Source: Candidatus Latescibacterota bacterium
Lineage (GTDB): Bacteria; Latescibacterota; UBA2968; GCA-2709665
Assembly (NCBI GenBank): GCA_965248435.1
Contig: OZ252100.1
Location: 5,184,001-5,248,000, forward strand
Length of the DNA: 64,000 bases
Reading direction: 5' to 3'
The translations under genes were made by a program, and so were the position numbers. Of the stretch, positions 55,424 to 64,000 are shown in pieces (position 1 is the stretch's first letter; each line of letters starts with the position of its first letter). The notes beneath the pieces are model-generated. The model saw only the letters and a program-made list of their open reading frames with translations, had not been told where the DNA came from and made no database searches.

Positions 55424-55553
55424 ATGAAACTTGGTAGATGAAATATCAGGTTTCCGATATATTTTAATAAGGTGTTAAAAAGGCGAAGGTAAGCCCACTT
55501 TGCCGCGCTGGCGCCACAGACATGAGGAACTTTGGGAGCTGGAGGTTGTTCAA

Positions 55554-55772
55554 ATGATTAGAACGCGGTTGCACGAACTCTTAGGTGAGCGGCGGATGAA
55601 GGTTGCAGGCTTGGCCCAGATTTCAGGCGTTTCCTATCCACAACTGCACCGTCTCTACCACGGTCAAACAAAGAGGATCGATTTGAATACCTTGAACTCG
55701 CTCTGCAATGCCCTTCGCATCACCCCAAACGATCTTTTAGACTTCAGTCCCGACAAAAAGGATGAGTTCTAA
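55554..55772 (+). CDS. XRE/Cro-C1 family HTH transcriptional regulator
   Basis: LAQISGVSY..L..LY.G....I.L.TL..LC.AL...P.DLL; GGAGG RBS. Confidence 0.9.
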   Translation: MIRTRLHELLGERRMKVAGLAQISGVSYPQLHRLYHGQTKRIDLNTLNSLCNALRITPNDLLDFSPDKKDEF

Positions 55773-55829
55773 CCTCAGGATTGTGTCCTTGAGTCAGGGG
55801 ACGTGAGCTGTAGGAAAGGGGAGATGACC

Positions 55830-57878
55830 ATGATCGCCACTAACGACATCATCTCGATCGTCACACAGGCGCAGGATCTCGACGACTATCGGAAGCTGCA
55901 TTGGGAGGGGAGCTTTTCCCAGTACCTATCTGTTGTAAGGGAACGGCCTGCTGTGACCCGTACGGCCTTTCAGCGCATCTACGACATGATCGTGTCCTAC
56001 GGTGTGGATAAGGTTGATGACAACAAAGAAAAGATGATCCACTACCGGTTCTTTGACGATCCAAGTGGCCATGGAAAGGATGCCGTCTATGGACTGGATC
56101 GGTCCATGATGAATCTTGTGAACGTCTTCAAGGCAGCCGCTGAGGGATACGGTGTAGACAGGCGCGTGCTGTTGCTGCACGGTCCCGTGGGAAGTTCCAA
56201 GAGTACGGTTGCCAGGCTTCTGAAGCGGGGCCTGGAGGCGTATTCCAGAAAGGACGAAGGCGCACTTTACACCTTCTACTGGCTTCCGATATCGGGAGAA
56301 GGGGAGAACGAGCCCTGCCCGATGCACGAGGAACCGCTGCACTTGATTCCGGAAGAATCTCGACCCGCCGTGGAGGTCGAGTTGAACAACGGCAGCGCAA
56401 CCGGCTGGCCGCTCAAGGTTACAGGAGAACTCTGCCCGTTTTGCAGGCATTCGTATCGGGAAAGGATGCAGGCGTACGGGGGAGACTGGTCCCGCGTGGT
56501 TCAGGACATCAGGGTTCGCCGGCTGCTGCTTTCCGAACGCGATCGGATCGGGATCGGCACGTTTCAGCCGAAAGATGAAAAGAACCAGGACTCCACCGAG
56601 CTGACAGGCGACATCAACTACCGGAAGATTGCGGAATTTGGGACCGACTCCGACCCCAGGGCATTCAACTTCGACGGCGAGCTCAACATCGCCAACAGGG
56701 GGATGGTCGAACTGATCGAGGCCTTGAAGCTTGACGTTGCCTTCCTCTACGATCTACTGGGCGCCTCGCAGGAACACGTTATAAAACCCAAGAAGTTTGC
56801 TCAAGTCTACATCGACGAGGTGCTGCTTGCGCATACGAATGAACCGGAGTATCGCAGACTTCAGAACAATGAGTTCATGGAGGCGCTTAGAGACAGGACG
56901 GTCAAGATCGACATTCCGTACGTGACCCGTCTGGCAGATGAGATCCAGATCTACGAGAAGGACTACAATTCGGAAAAGGTAACGAGCAAGCACCTTGCCC
57001 CTCACACGCTCGATATAGCTGCGATGTGGGCGGTTTTGACTCGGCTGGAAGATCCCAAACACGCAGGTTTGACCCTGCTCCAGAAGCTGAAACTCTATGA
57101 TGGCAAACGACTTCCTGGTTTTACCGAGGACAACGTCAAGGAGCTCATGGATGAGTCGGAGCGAGAGGGGATGGACGGGATCTCACCTCGCTACGTCCAG
57201 GACAAGGTTTCGAATTCTCTGGTCGCCCATCCTGATGAGACCTGCGTCAATCCATTCATGGTGATGAACGAGCTTGAGGCAGGGCTTAAGCATCATTCGC
57301 TGATTACGAGCGAGGACCAAAAAAAACGATATCGGGAACTTCTGTCTGTGGTTAAGGGGGAATACGAAGATATCGTAAAAAATGAGGTCCAGCGGGCTAT
57401 TGCCGCCGATGAAGAAGGCTTGAGCCGGCTGTGCGGAAACTACATCGACAACGTAAAGGCTTACACTCAGAAGGAGAAGGTGAAAAACCGATTTACGGGT
57501 CAGCCTGAGGAGCCGGATGAGAAGCAGATGCGGTCTATCGAAGAAAAGATCGGAATCGAAGATGCCAGGAAGGACGACTTCAGACAGGAGATCATGAACT
57601 ACATCGGCGCCCTGGCCCTTGACGGCAAAACGTTCGACTACAAGGCGAATGAGCGTCTTCTAAAGGCGCTGGAAATGAAGCTCTTCGAAGACCAGAAGGA
57701 CACGATAAAGCTCACGAGCCTGGTATCGAATGTTGTGGACAAGGAGACGCAGGAGAAGATCGATGTAGTCAAGAGCCGGATGATCAGGAACTACTCATAC
57801 TGCGATGTATGCGCGACTGACGTGCTCCACTTTGTGGCGAGCATCTTCGCCCGAGGCGATACGAAGAAGGAGTCGTGA
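55830..57878 (+). CDS. prkA: PrkA/YeaG family AAA+ serine protein kinase
   Basis: [10 protein letters not shown] Walker [41 protein letters not shown]. Confidence 0.95.
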   Translation: MIATNDIISIVTQAQDLDDYRKLHWEGSFSQYLSVVRERPAVTRTAFQRIYDMIVSYGVDKVDDNKEKMIHYRFFDDPSGHGKDAVYGLDRSMMNLVNVFKAAAEGYGVDRRVLLLHGPVGSSKSTVARLLKRGLEAYSRKDEGALYTFYWLPISGEGENEPCPMHEEPLHLIPEESRPAVEVELNNGSATGWPLKVTGELCPFCRHSYRERMQAYGGDWSRVVQDIRVRRLLLSERDRIGIGTFQPKDEKNQDSTELTGDINYRKIAEFGTDSDPRAFNFDGELNIANRGMVELIEALKLDVAFLYDLLGASQEHVIKPKKFAQVYIDEVLLAHTNEPEYRRLQNNEFMEALRDRTVKIDIPYVTRLADEIQIYEKDYNSEKVTSKHLAPHTLDIAAMWAVLTRLEDPKHAGLTLLQKLKLYDGKRLPGFTEDNVKELMDESEREGMDGISPRYVQDKVSNSLVAHPDETCVNPFMVMNELEAGLKHHSLITSEDQKKRYRELLSVVKGEYEDIVKNEVQRAIAADEEGLSRLCGNYIDNVKAYTQKEKVKNRFTGQPEEPDEKQMRSIEEKIGIEDARKDDFRQEIMNYIGALALDGKTFDYKANERLLKALEMKLFEDQKDTIKLTSLVSNVVDKETQEKIDVVKSRMIRNYSYCDVCATDVLHFVASIFARGDTKKES

Positions 57879-57884
57879 GGCGAT

Positions 57885-58985
57885 ATGACCAACAAAATCG
57901 AACAGGACAACAGCCGTTTCAGGCAGATTGTCCGGGGTCAGATCAAGCGGGACCTCAAAAAATACATCACGCACGGCGAAATGATCGGTCGTAAGGGCAA
58001 AGACCTCATCAGTATCCCCGTGCCCCAGATAGAGATACCCCATTTCCGGTACGGCGAGCGGAAGGCAGGTGGGGTAGGGCAAGGGGAGGGGGAGGTGGGT
58101 GTGCCCTTAGGTCCCGGAACCGGAGGAAAGGGACCCGGAGCCGGCGACCAACCCGGAGAGCATATCCTGGAGGTCGAAGTCACGCTGGATGAGCTTGCCA
58201 AGATTTTGGGGGAGGAATTGGAGCTTCCCAGGATCGAGCCCAAAGGCAAGAGCAACGTGGTTGAGCAAAAAGACAAGTATACGGGCATCAGTCAGACGGG
58301 TCCTGAATCCCTCCGACATTTTAAGCGCACCTACAAACGTGCGTTGAAGCGACAAATTCTTGCTGGGCAATACGATTTTGTTCGGCCGAAGGTCGTCCCG
58401 ATGAGGAGGGACCAGCAGTATCGATCCTGGAAGACGGTTCGCAATCCGGAGACGAATGCAGTCGTTTTCTACATGATGGACATATCGGGGTCCATGGGCG
58501 AGGAGCAGAAGGAAGTCGTGAGGACGGAGGCCTTCTGGATCGATACGTGGCTTCAATCTCAATATGACGGCGTTGAGACCTGCTACATAGTGCACGACGT
58601 CAATGCAAGAGAAGTGGACCAAGAGGCTTTTTACCGAACCCGTGAGAGCGGGGGGACAATGATCTCTTCGGCCTACTCGTTGTGTAGACAGACCATCGAG
58701 TCGCGCTTCCCTCCCGCGGATTGGAATATTTATAGTTTTCACTTCACCGATGGAGACAACTGGGGTGAGGACAACAGCCGATGCAAGGCGGTTTTACGGG
58801 ATGATCTGTTGCCAACGGTGAACCTTTTTTGCTATGGTCAGGTCTACAGCCCCTATGGGAGCGGTTCTTTTGTGAACGATATTAAGGCATTGGCGGAAGG
58901 TCGGGACAATCTGGTCTGGTCTGAGATCCGCGGGCGGGAGAGCATCATGGATTCGATCAAACTGTTTCTCGGAAGGGGCAAATAG
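57885..58985 (+). CDS. yeaH: YeaH/YhbH (DUF444) family vWA-like protein
   Basis: [36 protein letters not shown]; follows prkA. Confidence 0.9.
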   Translation: MTNKIEQDNSRFRQIVRGQIKRDLKKYITHGEMIGRKGKDLISIPVPQIEIPHFRYGERKAGGVGQGEGEVGVPLGPGTGGKGPGAGDQPGEHILEVEVTLDELAKILGEELELPRIEPKGKSNVVEQKDKYTGISQTGPESLRHFKRTYKRALKRQILAGQYDFVRPKVVPMRRDQQYRSWKTVRNPETNAVVFYMMDISGSMGEEQKEVVRTEAFWIDTWLQSQYDGVETCYIVHDVNAREVDQEAFYRTRESGGTMISSAYSLCRQTIESRFPPADWNIYSFHFTDGDNWGEDNSRCKAVLRDDLLPTVNLFCYGQVYSPYGSGSFVNDIKALAEGRDNLVWSEIRGRESIMDSIKLFLGRGK

Positions 58986-60284
58986 GTGGTCTGGTTCAAT
59001 AAGTTTCCCAGCCCCCTCAAGGAACTTAAGTACGAGATAGAGGGCTACGCCCAGGAATGCGAGCTCGATTATTTTGAGGTCATCTTCGAGGTGGTCGATT
59101 ATACGGGGATGAACGAAATCGCCGCCTACGGGGGGTTCCCCGTTCGATATCCTCATTGGCATTTCGGCATGGAATACGCCAGGCTTTCTAAGGGATATGC
59201 TTACGGGCTTCAAAAGATTTATGAGATGGTAGAGTCCTTTCTTGACACGTGCCTTTCGATCGAAGATTTGATCGACCCGCACACGCCATTTATGAAGCGC
59301 AGAGAGGAAGACAAGCGATCTGTGCTACGAGAGGAAGAGCGTGAGGAGCGAACCGTTCAGCGGCTGAAAAGCAAGCCCTATATGGACAGTTACGTGAATC
59401 CTGAGGAATATCTGACCGAGCAGAAAGAAGAGATCAAAGCAGAGAAAGAAAGGGAGCGTCAATTCCCGGAGTCACCTGAAAAGGACACGTTGTTGTTCCT
59501 TAGAGAACACGCTCCGCTGGAGAACTGGCAGTCTGACATCCTTTCAATGGTCAGGGAAGAAGCATATTACTTCGCTCCGCAGCGGCAGACGAAGGTGATG
59601 AACGAAGGATGGGCCTCTTTCTGGCATTCAAGAATCATGACCCAGATGGCGCTTAAGGATTCAGAACTGATCGACTATGCAGAGCACCATTCCGGAACAA
59701 TGGGGATGCGTCCCGGTAGAATCAACCCCTACAAGCTGGGTTTGGAGCTCTTCAGGGATATCGAAGATAGATGGAACAAAGGAAAGTTCGGGCCGGAGTA
59801 CGAAGCATGTGAGGATTTTGTGGAGCGTAAATCGTGGGACAAGGAAACCGGGCTGGGGCTGGAGAAGATCTTTGAAGTGAGGCGGATCTACAACGACATC
59901 GGATTTATCGATGCGTTTTTAACGGAAGATTTCTGCAGGGACCAGAAACTGTTCACCTACCAATTTGATAATAAACAGGATCACTATAAGATTGAGAGCC
60001 GAGAATTCGAGAAGGTCAAGCGACAGATGCTTCTCGGACTGACGAACTTTGGAAGACCGTCTATTTACGTTGTCGAAGGGAACTATCGCAATCGCGGCGA
60101 GCTGCTCCTGTCTCACCAATACGATGGTGTCGGATTGGACATGGGATATGCAAAAGATACGCTAAGAAACGTTCGGAAGATCTGGGGCCGGCCAGTGCAC
60201 TTGAGCACGAAGGAGGACGAGAAGGAGACTCTGCTCACGTGCGAGGAAGAGGGGGATGAGGTGAAAACGGAAAGGACTAAGTAG
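58986..60284 (+). CDS. spoVR: SpoVR/YcgB family protein with an apparent in-frame internal deletion
   Basis: P.RYPHW.FG, KIYEMV, REEAYYF.PQ.QTKVMNEGWASFWH, NPYKLG. The INxDP...HVxGHxDFFKNN block is missing. Confidence 0.9.
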   Translation: MVWFNKFPSPLKELKYEIEGYAQECELDYFEVIFEVVDYTGMNEIAAYGGFPVRYPHWHFGMEYARLSKGYAYGLQKIYEMVESFLDTCLSIEDLIDPHTPFMKRREEDKRSVLREEEREERTVQRLKSKPYMDSYVNPEEYLTEQKEEIKAEKERERQFPESPEKDTLLFLREHAPLENWQSDILSMVREEAYYFAPQRQTKVMNEGWASFWHSRIMTQMALKDSELIDYAEHHSGTMGMRPGRINPYKLGLELFRDIEDRWNKGKFGPEYEACEDFVERKSWDKETGLGLEKIFEVRRIYNDIGFIDAFLTEDFCRDQKLFTYQFDNKQDHYKIESREFEKVKRQMLLGLTNFGRPSIYVVEGNYRNRGELLLSHQYDGVGLDMGYAKDTLRNVRKIWGRPVHLSTKEDEKETLLTCEEEGDEVKTERTK

Positions 60285-60321
60285 GCCGGAGAGGAAATTC
60301 TTGTTAGATGTGAATCACCGG

Positions 60322-60351
60322 GGCTCGAATTGGACGTTCGGGCCTTTTCTT
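60322..60351 (+). terminator. Rho-independent terminator of the prkA operon
   Basis: GGCTCGAAT-TGGAC-GTTCGGGCC followed by TTTTCTT. Confidence 0.65.
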
Positions 60352-61375
60352 ATGGTTTCAGAACGATCTTTCCAAACAGGCCTCCCTGCTCCATCAACCG
60401 GTAGGCCTCCACGCCTTCTTCCAAAGGCATTTCACGATCGATGACCGGCCTCAGTTTGCCCGCCCACACCAGTTTCATCACCTCGCGGAATTCTTGTGGT
60501 GAGCCCAGGGTCGATCCGATGATCTGGAGCTGCTTGATGAAGACGTAGCGAATGTCGATCTCTGGCTTGGGGCCGCTTGTCCCGCCAACGGTGACCAGTC
60601 GCCCGCCTCTGCGGAGGGCCATAATGCTCTGTTGAAACGTCGCCTGGCCCACGTTGTCCACGACCAGGTCTACGCCCCGTTTGCCGGTCATTTTCTGTAT
60701 CGTCTTCAGCCAGTCGCCCGTTTTGTAGCTCAAAACGTGATCTGCTCCGAGCTCTGCCGCACGGTCCATCTTTTCCTGAGAACTCGTTAACATATACACA
60801 ACTGCGCCGGCCAGCTTTGCGACCTGGAGCGCGGCCGTGTTGACCCCGCCTGCTCCGACAAACAGCACGGTTTCACCTGCACGGAGCTCCCCGCGCGTGA
60901 TGAGCATGCGCCAGGCGGTGAGAAAAACGAGCTGTACGGCCGCTGTATCTTCGAAAGTCGCATCCTCAGGCATCTTCACCAGGTTTTTGGTCGGTACCAC
61001 GACGTAGTCTGCGAATGCCCCGCGACAGCCCTCACCTATTATGTAAAAGCTTGGGCTTTGGGAATGGTCTCCCCTGAGCGTAAACTCATCTTCAACCGGG
61101 AGGATCCCGGGATAGATGGCTACCCTGTCTCCGGTGCGGAAATCGGTTTGCCCGGGCCCGATCCGTTCGACAATGCCCGCGCCGTCGGCACCCCCAATGT
61201 GCGGCATGGGCAATCTTAGCCCCGGCCATCCGCGACGGACAAAGACATCCAGGTGGTTCAACGCCGAGGCCGATACCCTCACGAGGGCCTCACCCGCATG
61301 CGGCTCGGGCGTTGGCAATTCTTCATAGCTGAGGACATCTTCCTCGCCGTGTTGATGAAATAGGAGCGCTTTCAT
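60350..61375 (-). CDS. MDR superfamily (quinone oxidoreductase-like) dehydrogenase
   Basis: ALNHLD, GADGAG, FLTAWRML, GVDLVVDNVG, GKIVL. Structural Zn cysteines are absent. Confidence 0.85.
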   Translation of the reverse strand: MKALLFHQHGEEDVLSYEELPTPEPHAGEALVRVSASALNHLDVFVRRGWPGLRLPMPHIGGADGAGIVERIGPGQTDFRTGDRVAIYPGILPVEDEFTLRGDHSQSPSFYIIGEGCRGAFADYVVVPTKNLVKMPEDATFEDTAAVQLVFLTAWRMLITRGELRAGETVLFVGAGGVNTAALQVAKLAGAVVYMLTSSQEKMDRAAELGADHVLSYKTGDWLKTIQKMTGKRGVDLVVDNVGQATFQQSIMALRRGGRLVTVGGTSGPKPEIDIRYVFIKQLQIIGSTLGSPQEFREVMKLVWAGKLRPVIDREMPLEEGVEAYRLMEQGGLFGKIVLKP

Positions 61376-61412
61376 TCTGGCTTCTGTGTCGCCTTTCTAT
61401 CGATGGCCGGCA

Positions 61413-64000
61413 TCACATCGCCCGCCGGTATTGACCGCCCACTTCATAGAGGGCTTGCGTTATCTGACCGAGGCTGGCTACCCTGACCGTGTTCATCAGC
61501 TCTGCGAACACGTTGTCACCTTTCGATGTTACCTGCCTTAAACGCTCGAGCGCTGCAGGTGCCTGCTTGCAGTGCTGCGCCTGGAACGCTCTGAGTCGAT
61601 CGATTTGATGCCGCTTCTCTTCGGGAGTGGCGCGAGCGAGCTTCATGGCATCGGACTCCGCCTCGTCAATGGATTCTTCTCCGAGAAAGGCATTGACGCC
61701 CACGATCGGGAGTTCGCCGCTGTCCTTCTTGCGCTCGTAGAAAATAGATTCTTCCTGGATGCGGCCTCGTTGATACTGGAGTTCCATGGCCCCGAGGACG
61801 CCGCCACGCTGGTTGATTCGGTCGAACTCCGCCAATACGGCCTCCTCTACAAGGTCTGTCAGCTCTTCGAAGATGTAGGAGCCCTGAAGAGGATTCTCAT
61901 TTTGCGTAAGGCCGAATTCGTGGTGGATGATCTGCTGAATCGCAACAGCTCGGCGCACGGACGCCTCTGTCGGAATCGTGATCGCCTCGTCGAACGCATT
62001 GGTGTGCAGCGAGTTACTCTGGTCGTAGACGGCGGTTAGCGCTTCGAGTGTGGTCCGGATATCGTTGAGTTGGATTTCGCGGGCCTGGAGTGATCGACCG
62101 GATGTCTGGGAGTGGTACTTGAACTTCTGGCTCCGCGCATTGCCGCCATATCGCTCGTTGATGGCTCTGGCCCAGATGCGACGCCCCACTCTCCCGATCA
62201 CGGAGTACTCAGGATCGAGCCCGATGCTGAAGAAGAATGAGAGATTTGACGCGAAATCATCGATTTGCATGCCTCTGGCCAAATAGTATTCCACGTAGGT
62301 GAACCCGTTAGCAAGTGTGAGCGCGAGCTGAGTAATCGGGTTGGCGCCGGCTTCGGCGATGTGATACCCCGACACGGAAACGGAGTAATAGTTGCGGATA
62401 TCGTGGTCTACAAAGTACTGCTGCATATCCCCCATCATCCGTAGACCAAACTCCGTTGAGAAGATGCACTCGTTTTGAGCCTGATCCTCTTTGAGAATGT
62501 CCGCCTGTACCGTTCCCCTGATTGCTTTCAAGGTCTCGCGCTTGATGCGTTCTCGCTCTTCGGGATTTGGATCGTGTGCGTGGTCTCGGGCAAACTTGCT
62601 CACGACCTGATCGATAGCGGCATTAAAGAACATCGCAAGCATCGCCGGCGCCGGGCCGTTGATCGTCATCGATACGCTTGTCATCGGATCTGTCAGGTCG
62701 AATCCTTCAAACAATTGGCTTGTGTCGTCCAAAGTCGCGATCGATACGCCTCCCTCGCCGATACGTCCGAAGATGTCCGGCCGCTCGTCCGGATCCTCGC
62801 CGTAGAGCGTTACACTGTCGAATGCGGTCGAAAGTCTCTTTGCCCGATCGTTACGACATAGATCGTGGAAGCGCCGATTCGTGCGTTCAGGTCCGCCTTC
62901 TCCGGCGAACTGTCGTCGCGGATCCTCCTCCCTGCGTGTGAATGGATAGACCCCTGCCGTGTATGGGTAAAATCCTGGGAGATTCTCTTTCAGTCGAAAT
63001 TTGAGAATTTCGCCCCAGTCTTCGAAGTTCGGAACGGCCACTCTCGGAATCCGTGTGCCGGATAGCGTCGTGTGCGTCGTGTCGACGGAAACGGACCGCC
63101 CCCGAACTTCGAAACTCTGTCGATCCTCGGAATACACCTTCTTGATGTCGCCCCAGCCCTGGATGAGCCCCCAGCACTCCGAATCCATTTCGTTCCGTAG
63201 CTCTTCGAGGCGTTTCCCGATCGCGCTCCTGGCTTCCGGGTCTTCGCATTCGCGTTTCGCACCATCGAGCTGATACAGCCGCCGAGCCAGGGAGACCTGG
63301 TGTTCCACCCATGCACGCCGGTCTCGGATGATCGAAGCGATCTCGCCCAGATAGGCACTCCGGTTTTCGGGAATGATGATGTGTCGCTTCCCGGTCACGG
63401 TTCCCTGAGGGAGCTCGAGTGAAGATTGGATGTCTTTCTTTAAACGCCCGAGCAAAGCGAGATAAAGGGCCGTCACGCCAGCATCTCCGTACTGGCTCGC
63501 GATCGTGCCAAACACGGGAAGCTCGGGGTCTGGAACGTCGTGGAACGTCTGCCCGTTTCGCCGAATCTGCCGACGCACTTCACGCAGGGCGTCCTCCCCG
63601 CCGTGTCGATCGTACTTGTTCACGGCAGTCAGGTCAGCGTAATCCAGCATGTCTATCTTTTCAAGCTGAGAGGCGGCCCCATACTCCGGAGTCATCACAT
63701 AGAGACTCACGTCAGAAATGTCGACGACGGCCGAGCTCCCCTGACCGATGCCAGCTGTCTCGACGAAGATGAGATCAAAGCCTGACGCCTGAAGTATCTG
63801 AATGGCCTGCTCCGTGACTTTTGACAACTCGGAAAGGGAGCCGCGGGTTGCGAGGGAGCGCACGTAGACTCGCGGTGATTTGGAGGGCTCCCGGTCCTGG
63901 TCAAAGACCGAGTTCATCCTGATCCGGTCACCAAGCATCGCGCCCCCGGTCTTTCGCTTACTGGGATCGACAGACAAATAAGCGATCTGCAGCTCCGGAA
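61413..64000 (-). CDS. icmF: Fused isobutyryl-CoA mutase/MeaB-like GTPase (IcmF); 5' end beyond the window
   Basis: GTPase motifs VDPS...GGA.LGDRIRMN, ETAGIGQ, NKYD. Mutase motifs FAGEG, RLSTAFDSVTLYG, QADILKEDQAQN, SGYHIAEAGANP, GGQYRR.M. Confidence 0.9.
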   Translation of the reverse strand, partial: PELQIAYLSVDPSKRKTGGAMLGDRIRMNSVFDQDREPSKSPRVYVRSLATRGSLSELSKVTEQAIQILQASGFDLIFVETAGIGQGSSAVVDISDVSLYVMTPEYGAASQLEKIDMLDYADLTAVNKYDRHGGEDALREVRRQIRRNGQTFHDVPDPELPVFGTIASQYGDAGVTALYLALLGRLKKDIQSSLELPQGTVTGKRHIIIPENRSAYLGEIASIIRDRRAWVEHQVSLARRLYQLDGAKRECEDPEARSAIGKRLEELRNEMDSECWGLIQGWGDIKKVYSEDRQSFEVRGRSVSVDTTHTTLSGTRIPRVAVPNFEDWGEILKFRLKENLPGFYPYTAGVYPFTRREEDPRRQFAGEGGPERTNRRFHDLCRNDRAKRLSTAFDSVTLYGEDPDERPDIFGRIGEGGVSIATLDDTSQLFEGFDLTDPMTSVSMTINGPAPAMLAMFFNAAIDQVVSKFARDHAHDPNPEERERIKRETLKAIRGTVQADILKEDQAQNECIFSTEFGLRMMGDMQQYFVDHDIRNYYSVSVSGYHIAEAGANPITQLALTLANGFTYVEYYLARGMQIDDFASNLSFFFSIGLDPEYSVIGRVGRRIWARAINERYGGNARSQKFKYHSQTSGRSLQAREIQLNDIRTTLEALTAVYDQSNSLHTNAFDEAITIPTEASVRRAVAIQQIIHHEFGLTQNENPLQGSYIFEELTDLVEEAVLAEFDRINQRGGVLGAMELQYQRGRIQEESIFYERKKDSGELPIVGVNAFLGEESIDEAESDAMKLARATPEEKRHQIDRLRAFQAQHCKQAPAALERLRQVTSKGDNVFAELMNTVRVASLGQITQALYEVGGQYRRAM

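Noticed and set aside
778-63904. Numerous long antisense or alternative-frame ORFs (e.g. 778-1683, 22135-23490, 26567-27709, 35413-36411)
   Set aside because: Shadow ORFs expected in GC-rich DNA; each overlaps a gene with clear family motifs.

Overview
A GC-rich bacterial chromosome segment, almost entirely coding. It has no rRNA, tRNA, CRISPR array, transposase or integrase. The first ~49 kb is a mosaic of catabolic and accessory genes: six phytanoyl-CoA dioxygenase (PhyH) family genes, TauD, a half-MetE methyltransferase, BNR/sialidase-like and GHL10-like proteins, SDRs, Gfo/Idh/MocA oxidoreductases, a luciferase-like monooxygenase with flavin reductase, and AadK- and AAC(3)-family homologues. 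This content suggests a Latescibacterota/Poribacteria-type organism (inference only). The most notable signals are regulatory or non-coding. (1) At 49.9-60.3 kb is a kinase-free cluster. Two sigma28-like promoters precede a pseudo-receiver sigma54 activator and a stand-alone copy of its N-terminus. Sigma54 promoters precede a small membrane protein (one of two paralogues) and an XRE-prkA-yeaH-spoVR operon, and the cluster also holds MerR-REC and REC-REC proteins. (2) At 28.2-28.4 kb an orphan IHF site, sigma54 promoter, two hairpins and a U-tract look like an undescribed ~90-nt sRNA. (3) A ~250-bp structured repeat occurs twice with compensatory changes, one copy carrying nested REP insertions. 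(4) Degenerate attC-like sites lie at 17.9-18.5 kb. (5) In-frame deletions remove conserved motifs from spoVR and a serA-like gene. All calls come from motif recognition by eye; no database searches were run.
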